DNA from: an uncultured Rhodopirellula sp.
Lineage (GTDB): Bacteria; Planctomycetota; Planctomycetia; Pirellulales; Pirellulaceae
Length of the DNA stretch: 64,000 nt
Reading direction: 5' to 3'
NCBI GenBank assembly: GCA_964007735.1
Contig: CAXGAI010000016.1
Coordinates: 1 to 64,000 of the forward strand
The notes beneath the pieces were generated by a model. That model made no database searches, was not told the origin of the DNA, and was given only the letters and a program-made list of their open reading frames with translations. Numbering within the stretch: the stretch's first letter is position 1; the number at the start of each line of letters is the position of its first letter. The translations under genes were made by a program, and so were the position numbers. Below are positions 26,851 through 34,862 of the stretch, one piece after another.

Positions 26851-27966
26851 ATGGGGCTAGCGATGGAAACGGCAGATACAGAATTCCGGGGACAGAGACA
26901 GAACTGGGGGGAAGATCTGACTAAGGAATCTGACATGCCTACGCAGTCAGTTGAGAATAGTGGTCTGCATGATTTCCTTACCTCAGACAGGATGGAGGAG
27001 CGTATTGAACAATTACTGGAGGATCTTTTTCCAACTTATCCGGCATCGAAAGAAAAGGTGGAGACACCAATTCTCGCGGGTTACTTTGATCAGTTTGAAT
27101 TGCTCGAACAGATTGGGCAGGGATCATTTTCTCGTGTCTTCAAAGCCATAGACAAAAAACTAGGCAATCGTTTAGTTGTTTTGAAATCGGGCAAACTTAT
27201 CGAACAGGAGTCCTCAGTCGTTGGCCGCTTGAAACATAAACATATCATGCCTGTTTATTCGAGTTGGCAAGATGAAATGGGGGTTACCACCATTTGTATG
27301 CCTTATTTAGGCCGCTATACCCTGAAGGACAAAATGGTGGAACTGCGGCGCAGGTTCTCTCCGTCGAGTCGGGAGAGAGGGCACAACACGGTATTTCCCG
27401 TGAATTGGAAGCAACATCATGACTTTCCTAATCTACTCATGATACTTCAAGAAATCTGCGGAGCATTGGACTACGCTCACCGGCAGGAGGTATTACATTT
27501 GGATATTAAACCTTCGAATGTTTTGGTCGGTTTTTGCGGCCATGCTTTGTTACTTGATTTCAATCTTGCTGGTGACTTCTTGATACACAAGTCGCCGACC
27601 GGCGGTACGCTTTCATATATGTCTCCTGAGCATTTACGTCGATGTGTCCTTCACGAACCGGTTGCATTGGATGTTCGTTCAGATATCTATTCATTTGGTG
27701 TACTAATGTTCGAGATGTTTTGTGGTTTTCGGCCATTCGATAGCGCAGGTCCGGCGATGCGAGCACCGTTTCAGGCGAAACTTATGTTGCAACGGCAAAC
27801 AAGAGTCAACAGATTGTTTCGTGCTATCGTGCCGGAAATTCCCAGACGATTACGAAAGATCATTCAACATTGCCTACAGCCGGATCCCTCAGACAGGTAT
27901 CTAACCGCTTCAGATTTGTTATTCGACCTCTCCAGGCTTACTCGGCGACCTTGGTTGAAGCCTTAG
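26851..27966 (+). CDS. Soluble Ser/Thr protein kinase
   Basis: GQGSFSRV, VVLK, HLDIKPSN, DFNLA, GGTLSYMSPE, RSDIYSFG, CLQPDPSDRY. Confidence 0.88.
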   Translation: MGLAMETADTEFRGQRQNWGEDLTKESDMPTQSVENSGLHDFLTSDRMEERIEQLLEDLFPTYPASKEKVETPILAGYFDQFELLEQIGQGSFSRVFKAIDKKLGNRLVVLKSGKLIEQESSVVGRLKHKHIMPVYSSWQDEMGVTTICMPYLGRYTLKDKMVELRRRFSPSSRERGHNTVFPVNWKQHHDFPNLLMILQEICGALDYAHRQEVLHLDIKPSNVLVGFCGHALLLDFNLAGDFLIHKSPTGGTLSYMSPEHLRRCVLHEPVALDVRSDIYSFGVLMFEMFCGFRPFDSAGPAMRAPFQAKLMLQRQTRVNRLFRAIVPEIPRRLRKIIQHCLQPDPSDRYLTASDLLFDLSRLTRRPWLKP

Positions 27967-27986
27967 TGTCTCGTCCGTCGAATAGA

Positions 27987-29828
27987 CTAACGACCATTCT
28001 TAATGAAGATCTGAAATCTCCCGCTACCAACGGTTGGCAAGCTTTCTCCCCAGGACTCTAGCCAGGCAATGAAATCAGGCGAGTAACCTTCGGAGAATTC
28101 AGGTTTTCGATTGTGAACGACTAGCTGGATATTTCGGGCTAGAATCAGTCTTTTGATTTCTGACTCCAACTCGGGCTGACCACCAAGCTGGTAAGCGCGA
28201 AATAAGTCATAGCATTGAGGTGTTGGGTTTTGACGTCCGGACAGAAAATAGAATTGTGGGCAATCAGGCCCTGCTAAAATGGCCTCGTTTATTGTGGTTT
28301 GCTTCTCGATGATTTGTAGAAAAGAGTTGTATTCCTGTTGTAGTGAACTTTCGATTTTCAATTTGGCTCGAGTGGTTTGTAGTGACCTGTTGTTCTCGAA
28401 CCGTTGTGAACTCGTACCGATCACCCGCGGATTCGTATAATTGATACGGGCAACAGCAAAGGCCGCAATGAGCACCATAAATGTAAGCCAAAGTGGCTTG
28501 TCGTATGTGGTAGTACGTCCAATGAGACCGGTAAAGGTAAGTAGGACAAGGGGAGCACAGTAGCAAAAGTAAATTCCGGAACTGTATGGGTACTGAGTGA
28601 TCCCTAAACAAGCGGTAACGATCAGTAAAATAACCGTCGGCATATGGAGTTCTCTTTTACGGTGACAGTACCATGTCCCGACGGCAATGGTAGGCAGTGA
28701 ACATTGTATGGCGACGAAAGTAGATTGATAGACCAGAGGAGTAGAAGCTAGTGTACAAAGGCAGGCACCACACAAAGCGATCGTGGCTGTCAGGGGCAGC
28801 ATCATAGACTTGGGGATTTTTGTTTCAAGAATCGTTAGCATCAGAATTGGGATGCTCGTCAGGCACCAAACGCCATTGGGTGGGAGGGCTGTCGCATGCT
28901 CTAATCTAGCTTTTGGTAGTTCGAATAACCCTTCCATGAGATTGGCGATATTACCTTGGAGGATGTAGGGCAAGGTAAATATAAATAGTGGTAGGCAAAC
29001 AGTTGCACTGAAAATAAGGCAATTCCTGACCGTATCTTTTAATTGAAACGTAAATCGTTTACTGCATTCCAATACGATGGTCATCGCTGCAACTACTGGG
29101 ACTAAAAAATAAACAGCAGTCGAAAGGCTTAGATGTTTATGGATTAAAATTCCAACCATGAGCGTAAAGATACTGGTCAGACATACACTTAATAATGGAT
29201 ATGGATTAGGTGTCGGTTGACGTTCACTTTCAGCCTGCAGATGTTTGGGGGGGCTAATCCAGATGACAAACAGTGAAGCTGCCACCAGATAAAGTCCGAC
29301 GATCTTGAATAGTATTGCTACTCCGCTAAAGAGAGCAGCCAATAGAATATATCTACGTGATGATGTTTCATGGAATTTAATTAGCACCCAGACCGTCCAA
29401 CTCGCGGCCATTAAGATATACCACGACGGTAATGCTGCAAAGTAGTTAGGGAAGCTCCACGCTACGGAGGTCAAAGTAACCACTCCGGCGACAACAGGAC
29501 TTACCATGCGTAGGGCAATTAGATACCAGATTATGGAAGTGAGAGTTGCTCCGATCAGTAGTGGTATTCGAAGCGAAGCCAGGTTGATACCGAATAGCTT
29601 AAAGCTGATTGCGTTAACGTAGCTTAGCAGCCCGGTGTATACGTCTTGAAACTCTATATGTGGAGTTTTCCCTGCCAGTGTAAGTTCAGCAGTATGACCT
29701 AACAAACCTTCATCATGGGCGATCCATCCTTCATCACAATGCCATCCCAGATATCCGCTGACGAGTATGCCAATCATGCATGCGGCTAGGATCTCAGGCT
29801 TTCGGGATTGATTTTGTATGGCTGTCAT
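27987..29828 (-). CDS. GT-C fold (ArnT/PMT-like) polytopic membrane glycosyltransferase
   Basis: 'HDEG' acidic motif after TM1, 'G..P..EF...Y', about 12 TM helices, 'AILFK', and a soluble C-terminal domain with 'YFLSGR.NP'. Confidence 0.72.
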   Translation of the reverse strand: MTAIQNQSRKPEILAACMIGILVSGYLGWHCDEGWIAHDEGLLGHTAELTLAGKTPHIEFQDVYTGLLSYVNAISFKLFGINLASLRIPLLIGATLTSIIWYLIALRMVSPVVAGVVTLTSVAWSFPNYFAALPSWYILMAASWTVWVLIKFHETSSRRYILLAALFSGVAILFKIVGLYLVAASLFVIWISPPKHLQAESERQPTPNPYPLLSVCLTSIFTLMVGILIHKHLSLSTAVYFLVPVVAAMTIVLECSKRFTFQLKDTVRNCLIFSATVCLPLFIFTLPYILQGNIANLMEGLFELPKARLEHATALPPNGVWCLTSIPILMLTILETKIPKSMMLPLTATIALCGACLCTLASTPLVYQSTFVAIQCSLPTIAVGTWYCHRKRELHMPTVILLIVTACLGITQYPYSSGIYFCYCAPLVLLTFTGLIGRTTTYDKPLWLTFMVLIAAFAVARINYTNPRVIGTSSQRFENNRSLQTTRAKLKIESSLQQEYNSFLQIIEKQTTINEAILAGPDCPQFYFLSGRQNPTPQCYDLFRAYQLGGQPELESEIKRLILARNIQLVVHNRKPEFSEGYSPDFIAWLESWGESLPTVGSGRFQIFIKNGR

Positions 29829-29837
29829 AGCGGGGTG

Positions 29838-30569
29838 TTATTTTTTGCGGAGACTAACGACTAAGGAACTTCCGAAAGGTGGGCGTAACGGCGTTAATGT
29901 CGCTTGTTCGAAACGGCATAGTGTTTTCAGGATAGCGTTAGACACTTTTCCCGGCAGGCTTGCAGGCTTGGGGGCTGCCGGTGATAACTTCTCTTTCAGC
30001 CGAACCAGTAATTTAGCCGGAAACGTCCAGTGAAACAGATAATGTTGATTCTCGATTTCAAATCCGGCTTTGCTGGTCTGCTGACGGATCAGGCGTTTTG
30101 TATAGCGAGTTATGTGGTGATTGAAGTCATCATGTTTTGTCCACAGTAGATTGAAGGCGGGAACCGTAAGTAGCATCCGCCCACTTGGATTAAGTAAGTC
30201 CCGAGCTTTCTTTAATGCGGTTATAGCGTCAGGGATGTGTTCTAAGACGTCGAGCATTACAATCCAGTCGAATTGCTGATCTGTTTGGTAAGAATCGTCA
30301 AAGCACCCTAAATGAATCCGATCAAAGAAAGGTCCATTGGGGTCGACAATTCGGTCATCGGTTTCGACTCCACAGACACTTCCGAAGGTTTCGAGCTCCG
30401 GAAAAAACAAGCCATCCCCACACCCCACATCCAGAATCTGTCGTGAGTTATTCGAACCGTCTTGTGCCTTCCAGCGGTTGAGAAGGCTTAGGATGTAGGT
30501 TCGTCGGCTTTGCCACCACCAGTGGTGTTGGTAAAGCTGTCGGTATGTGTTGGCGTATTGGGTGTCCAC
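29838..30569 (-). CDS. Class I SAM-dependent methyltransferase
   Basis: HWWW..RR, ILDVGCGDG, LDVLEHI, TVPA...LW..HD....H..RY. Confidence 0.9.
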   Translation of the reverse strand: MDTQYANTYRQLYQHHWWWQSRRTYILSLLNRWKAQDGSNNSRQILDVGCGDGLFFPELETFGSVCGVETDDRIVDPNGPFFDRIHLGCFDDSYQTDQQFDWIVMLDVLEHIPDAITALKKARDLLNPSGRMLLTVPAFNLLWTKHDDFNHHITRYTKRLIRQQTSKAGFEIENQHYLFHWTFPAKLLVRLKEKLSPAAPKPASLPGKVSNAILKTLCRFEQATLTPLRPPFGSSLVVSLRKK

Positions 30570-31534
30570 TTGGATTGATTTGAAATAACCTGATCAACGA
30601 TGAAAGACGGGCGTCCTTTGACTTCTTCAAAAACTCGACCGACGTATTCTCCAACAACTCCGAGAAACATCAGTTGCACGCCTGCGAAAAATGAAATGGC
30701 AACGGTAATGGCAGTAAAACCGGGGGGGATTTCTTTCATGAAATTGGGTAGCTGGTCGGCTGGGGTCAGTTTTGCATAGACAGCGAAAGCAGCCAGTAGT
30801 AATGCGACGAGCACGGAAAGGCTGCCAATGAGGGTAGCTAATCGAAGAGGGATTAGGGAGAACGAGAAAATTCCATCGGCAGCCAGTTTAAACAGCTTCC
30901 TTAATGTGTACTTCGTTTCACCAGCCTCGCGTTCTTCACGCTCGATCTCGATTCCAATCTGCTTAAACCCTACCCAACTGCGGATACCTCGTAAGTATCG
31001 GTGACGGTCGGCATCGGAAGCCAATAATTGTGCCACGCGTCGGCTGAGGATTGAAAAATCACCACTATCCAATGGTAGCGGAGTCGACGAAAGTCGTTGG
31101 ATCATACGGTAGAACACGTTGTAACATAATCGCTTAACAACGTTTTCTTTGCGATTAACTCGTATCGCATAAACAACATCGAACCCCTCATTATATTTCT
31201 CAAGCAGTGTTTTGATTTTTTCAGGAGGGTCTTGCAGGTCGCCGTCCATCAAAACAACGGCATCTCCATCGACATATTCAAGTGCGGCAGCATAGGCAGG
31301 TTGTTGGCCGAAGTTCCTGGAAAACGATACAACCACTAAACGGTCATCTTCGGTCACTGCCTTTTTGAGTATGGTAAGTGAATCGTCGCTGCTACCGTCG
31401 TTAACAAAAATTACTTGATGCGGGCCACCGGGCAATGCATCCAAGGTAGCAGTGACCCGTCGGATCAGTTCAGGAATCACGTCCTCTTCGTTGTAGACGG
31501 GAATAGCAACCGTGATTTTAGGGTGTCTTATCAT
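30488..31534 (-). CDS. GT2 polyprenol-phosphate glycosyltransferase (GtrB/ArnC-like)
   Basis: IPVYNEE, VNDGSSD, SRNFG, MDGDLQDPPE, DSGDF, two C-terminal TM helices, GEYVGRVFEEVKGRP. Confidence 0.93.
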   Translation of the reverse strand: MIRHPKITVAIPVYNEEDVIPELIRRVTATLDALPGGPHQVIFVNDGSSDDSLTILKKAVTEDDRLVVVSFSRNFGQQPAYAAALEYVDGDAVVLMDGDLQDPPEKIKTLLEKYNEGFDVVYAIRVNRKENVVKRLCYNVFYRMIQRLSSTPLPLDSGDFSILSRRVAQLLASDADRHRYLRGIRSWVGFKQIGIEIEREEREAGETKYTLRKLFKLAADGIFSFSLIPLRLATLIGSLSVLVALLLAAFAVYAKLTPADQLPNFMKEIPPGFTAITVAISFFAGVQLMFLGVVGEYVGRVFEEVKGRPSFIVDQVISNQSKWTPNTPTHTDSFTNTTGGGKADEPTS

Positions 31535-31544
31535 GATTTATGAT

Positions 31545-32162
31545 TTAGTGTTTTTGTCCTTTGAAGTAGACCATGCTCCAAAACGGGATTCCCCATCGTT
31601 GCAGATGAAACGCTTCAAAAATGACTGTCTTAAAGTGTTTTGTGAATATTCTCTTCCAGTGATCCAATGGCCGGGGATGTTTACCCCGATCGAATTTAGC
31701 GAGGATACGTGGTATTCCCGCGGACGCCGGAAGCACAAGATCTAAAATATGAATGTGTCCGTCGTCTGACAGTATGTGCTGAAGACGACTCAGGATTTTA
31801 TCACTGTTGTCATCATCAATATGATGAAGGAACGAATTCAACAGAATAAAGTCAGAGCGTTCGTCCTCGGAAGGATCATATTCACATACATCCTGAACTC
31901 GAAATTCACAAGTTGCTCCATGGGAATCACTGAATTTATCTGTCGCGTTTTTGATATACCGGGGGTTAATGTCCAGCCCGAGATACTCTCGTCCTTGGAA
32001 AAATCGTGCATTGGTTCCTGGCCCGCAACCAACATCCAGCACACGTTGGATGTTGGAAAAATCAGTATGTTTAAGCAACGGTTTGAATTTGCGTTGCGCA
32101 AACGGAGCCTGCCACAATTGGTAGACTTTAGGGAAGGACAAAATGTCTCGTATTCCACTCAT
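31545..32162 (-). CDS. Class I SAM-dependent methyltransferase
   Basis: VLDVGCGPG, YLGLD, FLHHI. Confidence 0.88.
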   Translation of the reverse strand: MSGIRDILSFPKVYQLWQAPFAQRKFKPLLKHTDFSNIQRVLDVGCGPGTNARFFQGREYLGLDINPRYIKNATDKFSDSHGATCEFRVQDVCEYDPSEDERSDFILLNSFLHHIDDDNSDKILSRLQHILSDDGHIHILDLVLPASAGIPRILAKFDRGKHPRPLDHWKRIFTKHFKTVIFEAFHLQRWGIPFWSMVYFKGQKH

Positions 32163-32276
32163 ACAGGCAGTATAGCTTTGGTTGTTCCCCGTCTTTCGTA
32201 TGGAGTCTGGCTGCAGATAAAAACCAGCCTAGTTGGGGACTAGTCGTACCGGATGCACCGGTCATAACGAATGAAA

Positions 32277-32648
32277 TCAGCCGTTTTCCTGAGTGGGAGC
32301 GGGCCCAGGAGGCCATTGCAGGTTGCACCCGCCCATCAGGTGATAGTGTAAGTGGAAAACAGTTTGACCACCATCTTTTCCACAATTGCAAATGACACGG
32401 TAGCCGTCTTCGGCGAGTCCCTGCTCACGAGCGATCGTTTGGATCACTATGAACAAGTGTCCGATCAGTGCTTTATCTTCAGGAGTGATATGTTCAATGG
32501 ACGCGATCTCTTTTTTCGGGATCACTAGGATGTGAATTGGTGCCTGAGGAGCGACATCGTGAAAGGCTAAGCACTGATCGTCTTCATAGACAACGCTAGC
32601 TGGTATTTCACCATCGATGATCCGTTTGAAAATCGTAGGTTCATTCAT
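32277..32648 (-). CDS. Histidine triad (HIT) nucleotide-binding protein, HinT-like
   Basis: TIFKRIIDGEIPA..VYEDD, PQAPIHILVIPK, GGQTVFHLHYHLMGG. Confidence 0.95.
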   Translation of the reverse strand: MNEPTIFKRIIDGEIPASVVYEDDQCLAFHDVAPQAPIHILVIPKKEIASIEHITPEDKALIGHLFIVIQTIAREQGLAEDGYRVICNCGKDGGQTVFHLHYHLMGGCNLQWPPGPAPTQENG

Positions 32649-32923
32649 CGGGATCCTCCCTCCTGTAGTTGGGCCAAGGTAATGGCATCATCGGGATTCA
32701 TATCCGGAATCCCTTGATAAACCGGCATCAGCAGAGAGCGTTCCTGATTGATCAAACCACCATCAATAGGAGTATCGAGTTCCTCCATGATTCGCGATTG
32801 AATTTTCTTTTTGCCTATCTCTTCATTAATGGATTGTATTAATGAGTCTTCTGCTATGCTGAGCACGCTGGCAGTTACGGGACATCGAAGAATTGAGAGT
32901 AGTTGCGGGTCAACCATGATCAT
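32645..32923 (-). CDS. Trm112-family protein (long form)
   Basis: 'LLSILRCPVT...L' and 'PVYQGIPDM..DDA'. ATGA overlap with the HIT gene. Confidence 0.75.
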   Translation of the reverse strand: MIMVDPQLLSILRCPVTASVLSIAEDSLIQSINEEIGKKKIQSRIMEELDTPIDGGLINQERSLLMPVYQGIPDMNPDDAITLAQLQEGGSR

Positions 32924-33014
32924 AGCTCGGAATACGTAAGAATGAGTTGGATTCCATTATACCAACGCTATCCGCGTTTGTTTGCAGCCATTAATCCCCA
33001 CACCTACAGCGCAT

Positions 33015-33047
33015 AAAAAAGGGACATCCTGGCGAGGATGTCCCTTT
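33015..33047 (-). terminator. Rho-independent terminator
   Basis: aaagggacatcct-ggcg-aggatgtcccttt perfect hairpin. The upstream A run gives a U6 tail on the minus strand, downstream of the 33116-33415 gene. Confidence 0.88.
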
Positions 33048-33115
33048 AGTTTTACGCGGAGAATAATCCGATGTGAGAGAGAGAGAAGTAGATTGAATCT
33101 CAACGTATTTAAGGC

Positions 33116-33415
33116 TTAGTGGGTCTTCGTAGGTTCCAAAGCTTCGTTTTCTTTTGTTGGGTGTGATGAGTTAGTTGCCCATTCTTTGGTCAGTTCTTCG
33201 AAAACTTCGGGAGTTTCGTAGCGAACATGTTTGCCGTCAGCCATGGGGCCCACAAGTCCTCGTAAAACAGGAAGTCCGCGGATCGTCAGATCTGTATGAC
33301 AGTCATCCATTCCGACTTGTTCGAATTCACTTACCAGCGTATCTTCCGATACAAAGTCATTCATTAAAAATGAGCCGTCAGAAGCTCGGGATATAACTCG
33401 AAAGGTCCGTTTCAT
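33116..33415 (-). CDS. Small hypothetical protein
   Basis: 99-aa ORF with an AGGTG Shine-Dalgarno-like sequence upstream and its own terminator. Globular composition. Confidence 0.72.
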   Translation of the reverse strand: MKRTFRVISRASDGSFLMNDFVSEDTLVSEFEQVGMDDCHTDLTIRGLPVLRGLVGPMADGKHVRYETPEVFEELTKEWATNSSHPTKENEALEPTKTH

Positions 33416-33814
33416 TTCATCACCTAACTGGGATAACTTTGGTTCCCACTTTGTTTGTCAGCTTGTTCCAGGAAGTTCTAATTAGAATCCAAAATCGGTG
33501 GAGTAAGTTGACCGAGAGAGTGCCTCTCGCTGATGATGATATCGACGACTTAATTCGAGGAAAAAGAGAAATAATGTGGTGCGCGATATCATGGGTTCAT
33601 TTAGACCATCCCTAACAACGGCCTTTAGCGGTATGAGCGATATAACCGACACTCGAGGTTCCTTTTTGCTGACAGAAAGTTCCGAATAGTCTGGATATAG
33701 GGATGAAGTCTGTGTTGGACAGTGGAGCAGAGTCCGGTTATACAGGTCGTTCGACTTGGTTCCAATCTGCCATCTTGCCATGAGCGTCTAATAGGCTAAA
33801 ACAGTAGTACACTA

Positions 33815-33897
33815 GGAAGGTATGCGAATTGGTGAGCGACCTGATTCGAAATCAGGGGCCGGGTGACCGGTTGCGGGTTCGAGTCCCGTGCCTTCCG
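33815..33897 (+). tRNA. tRNA-Ser (anticodon CGA), long variable arm, probably 8/4 acceptor/T-stem geometry. CCA end not encoded.
   Basis: Acceptor GGAAGGT(A) with (T)GCCTTCC and discriminator G. D-loop GG. Anticodon arm CCTGA-TTCGAAA-TCAGG. Variable arm GCCGG-GTGA-CCGGT. T arm CGGG-TTCGAGT-CCCG. Confidence 0.9.
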
Positions 33898-34011
33898 CTT
33901 TTTTATGCGCATGGCACCTTAATTCGTTGCGTAGCCTGAAAAAAAACCTTACCCTGCAATGAGTAGGTCATATGACAGAGGTCCGGGATAACGACTGTAA
34001 ATGAGAGAATT

Positions 34012-34818
34012 ATGAACGCGAACGATCAACAGGATTCAAACAACCCAGACATGGCGGAGCGTATTAAAGATGAAGTTCGAATTTACTTTTATCCCAAGGT
34101 TGTCTTTTTGTTGCCGACGTTAGTCTACTGTTTTCTCGCGGCATGCTACTTACAATTTGTCGGAACGGATGCTCTTGCCCCGGCAACTCAACAGGCACCT
34201 GAGCAAGCTTCTGTGGAAGAAGTAGAAGAGGATATGCCTGTTACTATAGAAGCCAGTTCTCCGCAGATTACGGTGACGGTTATCTTTATGTTGGTTTTCA
34301 TCTTCAACCTTGTAGTGATCGGTTTCGATTTTCCGTCGAACCGGTTTATAGCATTAATTGCCTTCTTGTTTCTGGGAGTTGCCGTTTTATGGATTCTTAG
34401 TAAAGAGAATCCGGAATTGCTGGGTGGTATTGGAGATTTTGTCAGTAGTTTTAAGCCGTCTGCCAATGCCACATTCTACTGGATGTTTTCGATTCTGCTG
34501 GGCTGTTTGTTCTGCATTATGTTCTTAGCTCGTTCTTTGGATTATTGGGAGATTCGTCCCAACGAAGCAGTTCATGTGCACGGACTTCCCCGGCATAAGA
34601 AACGGTATTCAGCGCATCACATGCGATTTGAAATGGAAGTGAATGATATTTTCGAACACATGTGGCCATTCAAAGCCGGACGTCTTTATATTCGTCCGAC
34701 TAACGAAAAACAGCAATATGTTCTCGACAACGTAATGAACGTTCGCAAAGTAAACGATCAGGCCAATCAGATTCTCAGCGCGTTACAGGTTCAGGTGCGT
34801 GAGGACGCCGAAGTCTAG
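34012..34818 (+). CDS. Hypothetical membrane protein (about 4 TM helices plus soluble C-terminal domain)
   Basis: 268-aa ORF with hydrophobic segments and a plausible RBS (gagag). Confidence 0.8.
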   Translation: MNANDQQDSNNPDMAERIKDEVRIYFYPKVVFLLPTLVYCFLAACYLQFVGTDALAPATQQAPEQASVEEVEEDMPVTIEASSPQITVTVIFMLVFIFNLVVIGFDFPSNRFIALIAFLFLGVAVLWILSKENPELLGGIGDFVSSFKPSANATFYWMFSILLGCLFCIMFLARSLDYWEIRPNEAVHVHGLPRHKKRYSAHHMRFEMEVNDIFEHMWPFKAGRLYIRPTNEKQQYVLDNVMNVRKVNDQANQILSALQVQVREDAEV

Positions 34819-34862
34819 GCGCCCAGGCTGGCTAAACTTTCGATATGTTTGTTGAGATCGTC

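Noticed and set aside
29247..30728. G7 tracts at 29247-29253 and 30722-30728 in the glycosylation genes as phase-variation switches
   Set aside because: The tracts are short, in frame and encode Pro-Pro. A similar G7 occurs in an unrelated gene near 58577.
33075..33086. (GA)6 microsatellite
   Set aside because: Short and located in a 3' untranslated region. No evidence of function.
33482..33781. 99-aa minus-strand ORF upstream of the tRNA
   Set aside because: No motif or convincing RBS, and atypical composition. Probably regulatory DNA, though a small protein cannot be excluded.
33775..33802. TTGCCA-N16-TAAAAC as the tRNA promoter
   Set aside because: Position is plausible, but the -10 lacks the conserved final T and the spacer is short. 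Not enough support.
33815..33897. tRNA-Sec interpretation, prompted by the GGAAG start and long arms
   Set aside because: The anticodon reads CGA, not TCA, the acceptor/T branch is 12 bp rather than 13, and no sel genes are nearby.
33815..34011. tRNA as an integration site for a genomic island
   Set aside because: No integrase nearby, and I saw no duplicate of the tRNA 3' end in the window.
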